From the IMG/VR virus record IMGVR_UViG_3300009163_000042, positions 1 through 55,667 of that record: a stretch of DNA of 55,667 nt; one strand, 5' to 3'. Made by a program: the position numbers and the translations under genes. Positions 20,524-30,182 of the stretch are shown piece after piece. The notes beneath the pieces were generated by a model. It searched no databases and was not told the origin of the DNA. It was given only the letters and a program-made list of their open reading frames with translations. Position 1 is the first letter of the stretch. Every line of letters starts with the position of its first letter. This DNA is from a virus (Duplodnaviria; Caudoviricetes).

Positions 20524-21107
20524 TATATAGTTCCTTTAGCCAATAAAGCTTTAAATCCAGCTACAGCTGGAGGATAAGACCAATATATGTCTTGCAATAT
20601 TGTCACAGTTTCTTCAGTTTCAGTTAAAATACTTGTAGAAGTATATTTTATTTTAATATTATATGGCACATCCAATTTTTGCTTTATTGAAGGTGGTGAC
20701 CACTTAACAATAGAAAGATATGGTTCTTCAGTGTCAACTGGAAGTATCTTCAAAGACTTATCTTTCATAATAAATTGATAATATGAATCAGTGAATACTC
20801 CTGTTGCACTACCAGAAATTCTGATAATATCGCCAACTTTTGTAAAAGTGATACCCGCAATATCAGATTCGACTGATACTAATTTTGTTATAGTTGCTGG
20901 CTCATACGTGGGTTCACCTTCACCTCCACCTATTGGAGGTACCGGTGCTAAAAAGCCAATATCAATTGAGAATACGTCACCACCCTCGTATACTCCATCT
21001 ATAACATTTTGAGGAGGACCTGCTCCTTCGGGGTCGCTATACTTGCTTTGAATTGCAATTGTAGGGAATCCGCTTTTATTACTTTTCGCTATTTTAAGCA
21101 GTGCCAA
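20523..21107 (-). CDS. hypothetical protein between gp5 and PAAR (gp5.1 position)
   Basis: 194-aa ORF tightly coupled to its neighbours; position only. Confidence 0.6.
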   Translation of the reverse strand: MALLKIAKSNKSGFPTIAIQSKYSDPEGAGPPQNVIDGVYEGGDVFSIDIGFLAPVPPIGGGEGEPTYEPATITKLVSVESDIAGITFTKVGDIIRISGSATGVFTDSYYQFIMKDKSLKILPVDTEEPYLSIVKWSPPSIKQKLDVPYNIKIKYTSTSILTETEETVTILQDIYWSYPPAVAGFKALLAKGTI

Positions 21108-23802
21108 GATTCGTTAATCCTTGAGAGTGTGTCTTATCATTTAAGAATGTTAAAACTTGTTTCTTACCACTTCCACCGTTATTATATGATAAATGAATCC
21201 AATTAATACGCTTTGAGTTCTTATTACCATTAATCCCAGGATCACGATATTCTAATAGCAATTGATCAATTGGTAATGATGATGCAAATTTAGTTGCCCA
21301 ATCATAATTAATCTTATATCCAAAATTGCCACCTATGGATACGTCGGCTGCACTTCCAGTTAAATGCTGAGAAGTAGCAGATCCTCCTGCAGGAATATAA
21401 TTTCTATAGCATGAAGTAATTTGCCAAGCTTTTCCTACTTGTCCCACTTGTTCATTAATAGGTCCAAGAATATTAACGCATAGAGCTTTAAGATTACATA
21501 CGATTTCTTGAGTAGTGTAATTTCTAGCAGGTTTGCCGAATCTACCTCCAGAAATATTATTGCCTTTTGTGACTACGCCAATAGTCCATTTATATCCTGT
21601 TCTATCTGTGTGTAATACGTATGAATCTGGGAATGATGCCATTCCAAAAATCACATCGCAATCAACATTCGTTGAAGCTTTTTTATTTTCTGGAGGAGGA
21701 GTATTTTCAACTACTACTGCTTTATCACTAGTTTTTGGAGTTTCTCTTTCTTCATGGAATTTTTTAGCGCCATCTTCTTGATTTTCTTCAGGAGTTTCGT
21801 ATCCTAATTCTTCTTCAAGATTTCGTGGAGGTGTTTTCAATTGTTCAAACTTATCAGTGTTCTTCGTACCTTGAGAAACAGCAGCTGCTAAGTCAGCTGA
21901 AGATGCTCTGTCAGCTCCTTCGGCAAGATGCACAGTGGCACCTTCAATCTTAGCTTCACCGCTAGCATTTGCGTGGAATCCTCCAGAAGAAGTAAGCTTG
22001 TTAGATCCTTGAGCAAGAACGTTAAAGTCAGATTCAGAATCCATCTTTATATTAGCAGCTCTTAATCTAAATTCGCCTCCAACACGCATCGATAAGTCAT
22101 TAGCAACACTAATGTCTGCATCACCTGCCATATTAATCGTCGTATCGCCTGTAACATCAATGAAAGCATCTGCTTGAACTAATACGCGAGCAGTTCCATT
22201 AATAGTCACATTGCAATCACCGCCGATAAATACGTACCCATTTCTTTCCATTATGTAATAGCCGTCGCCAACTATACGATTAACTTGTGAGCCATTGGCA
22301 TCAATTTCAGTGTATGTACCTTTACGATGGTACATATGAATACGCTCATTTTCAGGCGTATCATCAAATTCCATTAAATGACCTGACTCAGTTTCCATAA
22401 CTTTATTGTATGGATACTTAGCGTTAAATGGAATATCAGGTTGATCCCATTCAAATTGATCAGCTGTAACTATTCCGTCAAGACGCTTTTCATCTTTATA
22501 TTCAACAATAGTTCCTGCAATTTTTCCGCGAGCTAATCTATTAGTATCTGGCTCTCCAATATAACTACGAAGAGGATACTTCATATTTGGATCGCTAAAT
22601 CCATTTACTAAATTCTTTTGACGATCTTCAGGTAATCCATTCTCAGCAATCGGAACTGGTTGAACGTCTTCTCCCTTTTTAGTAGATTTGTCAGTCTGTT
22701 CTGGAGGTGGAGTATCATCTCCTAAAAAATAATGATAATACGCTTCTTTTTTCGCAAATCCACTCGAAGCACCGCCTACAGCTTTTAATGCTGCTTGAAA
22801 ATATCCAGGATCGGAATCAGAAACTTTTACTCTATCTCTAAAATATTCTACAGCAACTTGAGCAGATACTGCATAATCTACGCTCAATAAACTTGGAACT
22901 GTAAGTATATCTATTCCAGCTAATTTGCCATATCGCGAATAATTAGCACGTCCAGTTATTTGAATAAATCCTCTTCCATAATACCTACCACCATCACCTA
23001 CTTGCGTATTTCCAAGTTGTGATCCGTTGTTTTCTGGAGCATAAAGATAGTTAAAGAATGTTTCTTTAGATCCTTTCCATCTAGCATATTTTGCAACCAT
23101 ATCTGGCTTATTGCTAAATGTTTTAGGGAATACTTTTAATAAAGCTTCACCAGAATAACTAGAACCTTCATCTTGTGGTATCCATCCACATTCGCCGCCA
23201 GCGATTCCTAATATGGCTGCCCTACCATATTTGCCAGTAACTCCTGCTTTATTCATTGCTGCTTTTAACGCATCTATTCCAGGTTTAGCATTTGCTGGTG
23301 GAGCCTTTCCAGGTTTACTTTGCACTGCAGCTTTATCAGTTGCAGAATTTGGCGAAGGATTAGATTCTGTTCCAGTCGTAATTGGATTACCGCTTCCATC
23401 AGTAACTATAGCGCCAGATCCGTCAGTAACAACATTTCCTGCAGGAGTAGATTCTACTTTTGGAGGTTTAATATCAATTGAAATGCTATCATCTTCATCT
23501 TCATCAATTGCTTTACTTTCATCTTGAGGTATGCCGCCAATACTGCCTAGTATAATTGGTTGCTGCTGTTCAATGTCTCTAAACATAATAACAACCCAAG
23601 TACCTTCTACGACTCCAAGTGGCGTAGTGCCAATTCCATTCATTGCAGCAGAAGTTATTGGCTGAAGAGGATAGGCCCAAGGTAAATCTTCAGTTGGCAA
23701 TAAAGTCTTATCATGCGTATGCAGACCAACAACTCTAACTTGGCATCTACCAAGTTTTAATGGATCATTTCTATTTTCTATGCAACCAGTATATAAATTC
23801 AT
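21094..23802 (-). CDS. gp5: baseplate hub/spike gp5 with GH19 lysozyme-like domain and C-terminal peptidase M15-like domain
   Basis: OB-fold DPLKLGRCQVRVVGLHT...LPWA; GH19 RYYGRGFIQITGRANY; YPYNKVMETESGHLMEFDDTP beta-helix; C-terminal SCYR...SQHLTGSAAD...WIHLS. Confidence 0.92.
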   Translation of the reverse strand: MNLYTGCIENRNDPLKLGRCQVRVVGLHTHDKTLLPTEDLPWAYPLQPITSAAMNGIGTTPLGVVEGTWVVIMFRDIEQQQPIILGSIGGIPQDESKAIDEDEDDSISIDIKPPKVESTPAGNVVTDGSGAIVTDGSGNPITTGTESNPSPNSATDKAAVQSKPGKAPPANAKPGIDALKAAMNKAGVTGKYGRAAILGIAGGECGWIPQDEGSSYSGEALLKVFPKTFSNKPDMVAKYARWKGSKETFFNYLYAPENNGSQLGNTQVGDGGRYYGRGFIQITGRANYSRYGKLAGIDILTVPSLLSVDYAVSAQVAVEYFRDRVKVSDSDPGYFQAALKAVGGASSGFAKKEAYYHYFLGDDTPPPEQTDKSTKKGEDVQPVPIAENGLPEDRQKNLVNGFSDPNMKYPLRSYIGEPDTNRLARGKIAGTIVEYKDEKRLDGIVTADQFEWDQPDIPFNAKYPYNKVMETESGHLMEFDDTPENERIHMYHRKGTYTEIDANGSQVNRIVGDGYYIMERNGYVFIGGDCNVTINGTARVLVQADAFIDVTGDTTINMAGDADISVANDLSMRVGGEFRLRAANIKMDSESDFNVLAQGSNKLTSSGGFHANASGEAKIEGATVHLAEGADRASSADLAAAVSQGTKNTDKFEQLKTPPRNLEEELGYETPEENQEDGAKKFHEERETPKTSDKAVVVENTPPPENKKASTNVDCDVIFGMASFPDSYVLHTDRTGYKWTIGVVTKGNNISGGRFGKPARNYTTQEIVCNLKALCVNILGPINEQVGQVGKAWQITSCYRNYIPAGGSATSQHLTGSAADVSIGGNFGYKINYDWATKFASSLPIDQLLLEYRDPGINGNKNSKRINWIHLSYNNGGSGKKQVLTFLNDKTHSQGLTNLGTA

Positions 23803-23803
23803 C

Positions 23804-25063
23804 TTATGCGCTCAGGTTAACTAATACGGAATTCTTAACAATTTCCATATTACATATATGATTTTCACGTGTAATCGTATGACTTATAGCAGATATTAAA
23901 TATTTGCCAGAAAGAATCTTATCTCTTGGATCTAGATCATCTTTAGTTATTTGTGTAGCTCTTGGTAAATATAAGTCAATTACTCTTCCTACAGTATAGT
24001 CTGTTCTTCCATATACTTGTAAGTTCACTTTATACTTAGAAAGATTTTGAAAGAACGAAATTCTTTTTTGCTGAAACTTAAAAGAAGTGGTATCACCATA
24101 GTTATTAAAATTCCCATAATACTTTGGCATAAGCATTTGAGCACTTTGAGCATTTGCTATAGTGTATTTAGAATATGCTGGATTAGGATTTAATAAAGTA
24201 TCTGGTTTAGGATCTTTCTTTATACTATAATCTTTTACTGTATATTTTTTAGTAGTAATATCGTGCGTAATAAGTCTAGATTTAATTCTACCAGATTGAA
24301 TATCATTCATATAATCAGTTAATACTGGAACACTAATATCAAGAATTCTCTTAAAATCTTCTTGTGGATCTTTAGTACTACCGCCAGACGCAAGCATTGT
24401 TCGTGTATAATTATCTTTAACGAATTTATGAGAAGGTTTAGATTTTAATATTTCATTAATTGAACGAAAATTAAGACCATCTCGATTTTCATAAAATAGA
24501 TACGATGGAGAATAATTAACACTTAAAGCATTTTCACATAAGTAATTTAGACATTTTACTGGTGACCAAAAGTTAGCAACAAATTTAATAGAATTAGAAG
24601 TTGGTTCTATATTAACCTTTTTAGTAGTAGCTAATCCTTTTTCGCCAATAATACTAAAAGCCAATTCATTTACTTTGCCATCGTATGTTTTGCTAATCTT
24701 TTTATTAGCATCAATTAGAAAATCTGAAGATATACACTTGAGCGCATAAACTACTTCTCGTTCTTTAGTGTATTCGCGATCAGTAATCTTATACACATAA
24801 AAACGGCCTTTAATAGGAACATCTAATGATGGAGTCACTATATCAATGTCGACGAACTCTTCTCCCACAAATGGAAATATATTAATGTAATCAACGGATT
24901 CTCTTAATACGATTGTCATTGTCGTAAAAGGCGAAAACATATCTTCATAAATTTCAATCATTGAAACTTGATTAGTTATGTTTGCGGCTTGGCCGTTCAA
25001 CGAATTAAGTTGAACTTCTCTTATCTGTATATCGCCAGCAAATTTTAGAGCTGTAGTTGCCAT
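23804..25063 (-). CDS. baseplate hub protein (gp27-like position)
   Basis: IEIYEDMFSPF, PFVGEE, YLFYENRDG, SGKYLISAISH; between gp53 and gp5. Confidence 0.7.
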   Translation of the reverse strand: MATTALKFAGDIQIREVQLNSLNGQAANITNQVSMIEIYEDMFSPFTTMTIVLRESVDYINIFPFVGEEFVDIDIVTPSLDVPIKGRFYVYKITDREYTKEREVVYALKCISSDFLIDANKKISKTYDGKVNELAFSIIGEKGLATTKKVNIEPTSNSIKFVANFWSPVKCLNYLCENALSVNYSPSYLFYENRDGLNFRSINEILKSKPSHKFVKDNYTRTMLASGGSTKDPQEDFKRILDISVPVLTDYMNDIQSGRIKSRLITHDITTKKYTVKDYSIKKDPKPDTLLNPNPAYSKYTIANAQSAQMLMPKYYGNFNNYGDTTSFKFQQKRISFFQNLSKYKVNLQVYGRTDYTVGRVIDLYLPRATQITKDDLDPRDKILSGKYLISAISHTITRENHICNMEIVKNSVLVNLSA

Positions 25064-25064
25064 C

Positions 25065-25856
25065 TTATGGAGTTATTAAATCTTGGAATTCTTTGACGAA
25101 TTGATCGATTAAATTCTTTGAAATTAATTTAATTCTGCGTTTACTTTCGTTTTCTCTTATTTCGTATTCTTCGTTAGTAACAGGATGGTATTCGTCATTT
25201 AGTCTAAAACCATTTGTTGGAACAGTAAAATTAGTTATAGTGGTATAGACATTTTTACCAAGAGATTCGTCATAGCGTATACCATTTAGCGAAACTAAAT
25301 CGCCTGGAGAAAATCTTCCATAGTCTAATAGTATTACAACTGTATTAGTTACAGAATCCACAGATTCTATTCTAGCATTTGCGTATGGATACTTAGTAAT
25401 AAAATCATGCGTTATTTCACGCTGATTTTCTAAGAGATTAGTCGTATATCCAAACTTAATCAGAGGCGTTACAGTAGAAGGAAGTTTTAATGTAGCAACT
25501 CCCTCTACGGTTATGCCATTGCGTTCATAGTGATGAACATATTCTGGATTTTCATATTTGTCTTCGATGTATATGCGTAACTCGTATTCAGTCATTGGAA
25601 AATCGCGCAGATAATCATAACGCTGATTTGCTAGCATTATAACCCAATGAAGTTCTGGGTCACCATATATTTTCTCAGCAATAATTTCAGGAGTTTCTCC
25701 CTCTTGAATATCATATTCATCATAGATAGTAACGTTCTCTAGAATCTCTTTTCTTATTCTAACATTAGTTGTAATATCAGTTAAGATCTGAAGAGTAGTA
25801 GACGTACTATCTTGCGGAAAATCGTAAAATATTTTTGGAAATTGTTTAAAATACAT
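25065..25856 (-). CDS. gp53: baseplate wedge subunit gp53
   Basis: MYFKQFPKIFY, GETPEIIAEKIYGDPELHWVIMLAN, YEIRENESKRRIKLI. Confidence 0.92.
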   Translation of the reverse strand: MYFKQFPKIFYDFPQDSTSTTLQILTDITTNVRIRKEILENVTIYDEYDIQEGETPEIIAEKIYGDPELHWVIMLANQRYDYLRDFPMTEYELRIYIEDKYENPEYVHHYERNGITVEGVATLKLPSTVTPLIKFGYTTNLLENQREITHDFITKYPYANARIESVDSVTNTVVILLDYGRFSPGDLVSLNGIRYDESLGKNVYTTITNFTVPTNGFRLNDEYHPVTNEEYEIRENESKRRIKLISKNLIDQFVKEFQDLITP

Positions 25857-25857
25857 T

Positions 25858-27075
25858 TTAAGTAAATTTCTCGATAAGTTCCTTTGACAAAAGCATAAGC
25901 TCTTTGAATGTCAAGGTAATGTTAATCTGAGTTGGCATACCATTTGCAAATGTACTGAATATTCCATTTGGAGTATAATTAACATTCATTTCTGTTAATA
26001 CACATGATGTATGACGATGAATATTCAAATTTTCTTGAGTGCCTTTATAATATACGATATCAAATTCAGATGGATAAATGTATAGGAATCCAGTCGTATC
26101 TTTAAATTCTGGATGCATATGATATTTAAATGATCGAATAATGTTCAATACATTTTCTGCTTCAGTTGCTGATTTTGGAGCAAATTGATAATCAAACGAG
26201 AATGTTCTAAAATCCACATTCTTAAATGCTTGTTCTTTCTTTGGGTTTGCAGCTAATCCAGTTGCAATTCCCATCTCTTTACCCATTGGACCCGAATTAA
26301 GTGCCATTGCAGTTACTATATCTCGCACTAAACCACCACTACGTTTAATATCACCATCTTTACCTAAAGCGCGTCCGATTTCTTCAGCGCCTTTTGCTAG
26401 TGCAGAAAATGCTGCAGTATCTTCTTCTCCCCAAGAAGCAGAATATCTTGCACTAAGTTGATTAGGAATATATAATGCGATTGCTGTCTTCAATCTTTTT
26501 TGAGGACGCGTAAACGTAACGTCCTTTTCATCTCCAGGAGGCACTTCATTATTATTCGCATTAGATGAAATTACTGATGCACCGACAGCTCCAACAGCAG
26601 CACCTGCAACTCCACCTCCACCTGCACTTCCTCCCAGCGCGCCTATTACCACACCACTAGCACCACCAGCTACTGTACTTGCCGTAATTGCTTGAAGACT
26701 AGTAATATTTTGTCCAACCAAAGCGCCTCTTTCATTTCGTTGAACTCCTTCAACTACTTGAGCACCTTCACCGCCATTTGCAAGTACTCGAGAATCTACA
26801 GAAACATTTATATAGAAAACTACTCGATTGTTGCCATATTCTTTGCTTGTCATTAGATTTTCTGGATACGACATACCCTTCAAATCATATTGAGAAGATA
26901 ATTTCGATGCTGTGTAATTTGGCTGAAATGCCTGTATAGACTTTCCAGTTTGAGGAGTGCTATCAGCATATGATCCTAGGACTCCTCCGGTAGCTGAATT
27001 ACCGGATAATCCACTAGGGAAAGCACCAGCTATAGCATCTGTGCCTGTATTTGAGAAGTCGTCTGGATATTCCAT
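25858..27075 (-). CDS. gp48: baseplate tail-tube cap gp48
   Basis: IALYIP, NPKKEQAFKNVDFRTFSFDYQFAPKS, CVLTEMNVNYTPNG, ITLTFKE. Confidence 0.9.
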   Translation of the reverse strand: MEYPDDFSNTGTDAIAGAFPSGLSGNSATGGVLGSYADSTPQTGKSIQAFQPNYTASKLSSQYDLKGMSYPENLMTSKEYGNNRVVFYINVSVDSRVLANGGEGAQVVEGVQRNERGALVGQNITSLQAITASTVAGGASGVVIGALGGSAGGGGVAGAAVGAVGASVISSNANNNEVPPGDEKDVTFTRPQKRLKTAIALYIPNQLSARYSASWGEEDTAAFSALAKGAEEIGRALGKDGDIKRSGGLVRDIVTAMALNSGPMGKEMGIATGLAANPKKEQAFKNVDFRTFSFDYQFAPKSATEAENVLNIIRSFKYHMHPEFKDTTGFLYIYPSEFDIVYYKGTQENLNIHRHTSCVLTEMNVNYTPNGIFSTFANGMPTQINITLTFKELMLLSKELIEKFT

Positions 27076-27083
27076 AATGGTGG

Positions 27084-27091
27084 TATAAATA
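27084..27091 (+). promoter_or_regulatory. T4-type late promoter TATAAATA (gp4 operon)
   Basis: Perfect consensus about 30 nt upstream of the gp4 ATG. Confidence 0.8.
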
Positions 27092-27111
27092 TAAGAGGGT
27101 TATAGTATATT

Positions 27112-27119
27112 TATTTATA
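27112..27119 (-). promoter_or_regulatory. T4-type late promoter TATAAATA (gp48/baseplate operon)
   Basis: Perfect consensus on the minus strand upstream of gp48. Confidence 0.8.
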
Positions 27120-27120
27120 G

Positions 27121-27555
27121 ATGTTTCATAAGAGAAAATATGTTCCGCTATTTCCAGAAAAATACGCTGGTGACCCATCAAACGTGATCATGAGATCAAG
27201 TTGGGAAACCAGATTTGCTATCTGGTGTGATAAGAATCCACAAATAATAAAATGGAGTTCTGAAGAAACAGTCGTACCTTATGTTTCACCTATAGACGGT
27301 AGAATGCATAGATATTTTGTAGATTTTAAAATACAAACGTCAAACAATAAAACGTATCTCGTGGAAATAAAACCAAAGAAACAAACACTTCCACCTGAAG
27401 GCACTAAGAAGACTAAAAAGTTTTTGCTTGAAGCTAGTAACTATTTAGTAAATCAAGCGAAGTGGGAATATGCTAGAAGATATGCTAAAGATAGAAACTG
27501 GGAATTTATAGTTATAACTGAACACGAATTAGGATTAACGTATGGCAAAGGATAG
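27121..27555 (+). CDS. gp4: head completion nuclease gp4
   Basis: KYAGDPSNVIMRSSWE, WSSEE, HRYFVDF, LVEIKP, NQAKW. Confidence 0.95.
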   Translation: MFHKRKYVPLFPEKYAGDPSNVIMRSSWETRFAIWCDKNPQIIKWSSEETVVPYVSPIDGRMHRYFVDFKIQTSNNKTYLVEIKPKKQTLPPEGTKKTKKFLLEASNYLVNQAKWEYARRYAKDRNWEFIVITEHELGLTYGKG

Positions 27556-28114
27556 CCTACAAACAATTTTCGAGAAGAATAAGTTCGATAAATCTATCGC
27601 GCTAAAGTCACAGACGTGGTTTCAACAGCAAACCACTCTTTTAGCAAGAAAGAGAATCGATCATAAAAAGCTATTCTCTCAAGAAAAGATAACTAGTAAT
27701 ATAGTTCCTGGAAAACTCTATATGTTTTTATATGATGCAAAATATAAAGATACACTTCCATATTACGATAGATTCCCATTAGTATTCCCCTATCAAAAAG
27801 TAGAAGGTGGGTTTATGGGATTAAACATGCACTATCTTCCTTATTATTATAGAGTTCAGTTGATGACAAGATTAATGCAATTTTCTTCTAATAAAGCTTT
27901 AGATGAAAATACTAGAATAAGATATTCGTGGGCTTTAATTGCTGGTGTGTCAAAATTCCAGCTTGCCGAATCCTGTATTAAACATTACTTAGCAGATCAT
28001 GTGCGTTCAATGTTTATTGAAATTCCCGGAGATAATTGGCATACCGCAATGATGCTACCAGTAGAAAAATTCACAGTAAATAAGACTAGAGTGTGGGGAG
28101 ATTCTCTTAGATGA
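27542..28114 (+). CDS. gp2: DNA end protector protein gp2
   Basis: GKLYMFLYDAKYKDTLPYYDRFPLV, GLNMHYLP, IKHYL. Confidence 0.93.
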   Translation: MAKDSLQTIFEKNKFDKSIALKSQTWFQQQTTLLARKRIDHKKLFSQEKITSNIVPGKLYMFLYDAKYKDTLPYYDRFPLVFPYQKVEGGFMGLNMHYLPYYYRVQLMTRLMQFSSNKALDENTRIRYSWALIAGVSKFQLAESCIKHYLADHVRSMFIEIPGDNWHTAMMLPVEKFTVNKTRVWGDSLR

Positions 28115-28881
28115 GTAAATTAAACGAATTCATATCAAACGTAAAGATAGGAATGGCGAAGACGTCATTCTTCTCGGTAATGTTAACTCTTCCTACAGCG
28201 TTGAGCAATTACGAACCTGCTAGATCGAACATGAATAAGATTCTTTTGTTCTGTGATCAGGCGCAGATTCCAGGAATATCTTTTTCAACAAACCAAGTAA
28301 GATCTTATGGTGAATTTAGAGAAATACCATACGAAAAATTATATGAACCAATTCAATTGAGTTTTTACGTTGACGTAGATATGAACGTGAAAAGATTATT
28401 TGATGCGTGGATAGCAATAGTGCAAGATTCTACTACTCGCGATTTTAATTATCCAGATCAATACACTACTAATAAGTTTGAAATTACAGTGCAAGACAGT
28501 ATGGATTCTCCAAAATATAATGTTACTTTATTCAAAGCATATCCAAAAATTATTGCGCCAATTCAATTAGATTATGCCTCTAAAGATATAATGAAAATGC
28601 AAGTAACAATGGTTTATCAATATTATGAAGTTAGTCAAACCTATAGTCCTTCAGCTATTGGTAGCACTTCTATGATAGGAATAGAACAGCAAATGTATGA
28701 ATCAACTGAAAATACTTCAATGGCAAATATGGATGCATTCTCTATACCAGATCAGTACTTCAATAATTTCGACGAATTCCAAGGGGAATTTAATAATTAC
28801 GATTTTAGTTATGGCGTTAAGTCAATCGACTCTATAGAAAATATGGGCGAAGACTTAGGTTTAGGAGGAATTTTCGTGTGA
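28111..28881 (+). CDS. tail-tube initiator gp54 / gp19-like protein
   Basis: FCDQAQIPG, LSFYVD, FDAW, LFKAYPKIIAPIQLDY. Confidence 0.75.
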   Translation: MSKLNEFISNVKIGMAKTSFFSVMLTLPTALSNYEPARSNMNKILLFCDQAQIPGISFSTNQVRSYGEFREIPYEKLYEPIQLSFYVDVDMNVKRLFDAWIAIVQDSTTRDFNYPDQYTTNKFEITVQDSMDSPKYNVTLFKAYPKIIAPIQLDYASKDIMKMQVTMVYQYYEVSQTYSPSAIGSTSMIGIEQQMYESTENTSMANMDAFSIPDQYFNNFDEFQGEFNNYDFSYGVKSIDSIENMGEDLGLGGIFV

Positions 28882-29285
28882 TTATAGATGATAAATTGAG
28901 TCAGGTCTTTGACGTGACACCGATTGGTAATACAGAGGTATTTCCTCAAGTGGCGGCACGACAAATTAAGAATGATCAATTGGATGATGATTATGAAACT
29001 ACTCGTTCTAATCTTCATACAATTTTACAGCAAGGGCAAGATGCGTTATATCATGCACTTGAAGTAGCTAAGGCTAGTGAACACCCTCGTGCATTCGAGG
29101 TTGTAGGTGGTTTAATGAAACACCTTTCGGATATCAATACTCAATTGCTAGATCTTCATAAGAAAAAACAATCTATTGAAGCTCCAACAAAAGAGGAAAG
29201 AAAGAGTGTTACTAATAACGCTATATTTGTTGGTAGCACCAATGAACTTAGTAAAATGTTAAATGATTTGAGAAAAGGAAAATAA
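28878..29285 (+). CDS. gp16: terminase small subunit gp16
   Basis: DDYETTRSNL, EVAKASEHPRAFEV, NNAIFVGSTNELSKML. Confidence 0.9.
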   Translation: MIIDDKLSQVFDVTPIGNTEVFPQVAARQIKNDQLDDDYETTRSNLHTILQQGQDALYHALEVAKASEHPRAFEVVGGLMKHLSDINTQLLDLHKKKQSIEAPTKEERKSVTNNAIFVGSTNELSKMLNDLRKGK

Positions 29286-29286
29286 T

Positions 29287-30000
29287 ATGGCTTTACCAGT
29301 AATGTCAACTCCGACATATGAATTGACTGTCCCATCTTCAAAGCAAAAGGTTAAATTTAGACCTTTCCTTGTTAAAGAAGAAAAAGCATTGTTAATTGCT
29401 CAACAGAGCGAAGATCAAAGTGTTATGCTTGACACGTTAAAGAATGTCATTAAAGCATGTACATCTAATAAATTGGATGTAGAGAAATTAGCAATGTTTG
29501 ACATTGAATATATCTTTACTCAGTTAAGAGCAAGATCTGTTGGCGAAATGTCTGAACTAATTTTTAGTTGTTTAGAATGCAATGATCCTAAAGCTAAGAT
29601 GAATGTTAATATTGATTTAACTACATTAGAAGTTAAGTTTAACGAAGAACATACTAATATTATTAAGCTATTTAATGACGTTGGTATCAAAATGAAGTAT
29701 CCAGGATTATCTATTATTAATAAAATGAAAGATGTTCCTAAAGGAGATGTAGCTTTAGTGTTTGATGTAGTAATAGAATGTATAGATTCTATCTTTGACG
29801 AAGAAAATGTATATCCAGCGCATGAGCAAACTAAAGAAGAGCTTGAAGATTTTATCAATAACCTTACTCAAGAACAATTCGTTAAAGTTCAAAAGTTCTT
29901 TGAAACTATGCCAAAGCTTGAGAAAGATATAGAGTTTGATTGCCCTGTTTGTAATCACCATCATAAACATACAATACAAGGGCTCGACAGTTTTTTTTAA
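29287..30000 (+). CDS. gp26: baseplate hub assembly protein gp26
   Basis: MALP...PTYEL, FRPFLVKEEKALLIA, FDIEYIFTQLRARSVGE, FFETMPKL, CPVC, C-terminal GLDSFF. Confidence 0.9.
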   Translation: MALPVMSTPTYELTVPSSKQKVKFRPFLVKEEKALLIAQQSEDQSVMLDTLKNVIKACTSNKLDVEKLAMFDIEYIFTQLRARSVGEMSELIFSCLECNDPKAKMNVNIDLTTLEVKFNEEHTNIIKLFNDVGIKMKYPGLSIINKMKDVPKGDVALVFDVVIECIDSIFDEENVYPAHEQTKEELEDFINNLTQEQFVKVQKFFETMPKLEKDIEFDCPVCNHHHKHTIQGLDSFF

Positions 30001-30038
30001 TTAATTTTTGTCATGAAAATTTAGCTAATTACTATAAA

Positions 30039-30182
30039 ATGAATTTTGCTTTAATGCAATATCATAAATATAATTTAGCAGACCTTGAGAATATGATTCC
30101 CTTTGAACGTGAAATATACGTTGCTATGCTCATTAATTATCTTGAAGAAGAAAAACAACGATTAGAGAGACAGAAAGCATGA
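30039..30182 (+). CDS. gp51: gp51-like hub assembly protein (47 aa from ATG; frame open back to the gp26 T8 run)
   Basis: Not in the ORF track. MNFALMQYHKYNLADLENMIPFEREIYVAMLINYLEEEKQRLERQKA*; the stop overlaps the next ATG (ATGA). Confidence 0.88.
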   Translation: MNFALMQYHKYNLADLENMIPFEREIYVAMLINYLEEEKQRLERQKA

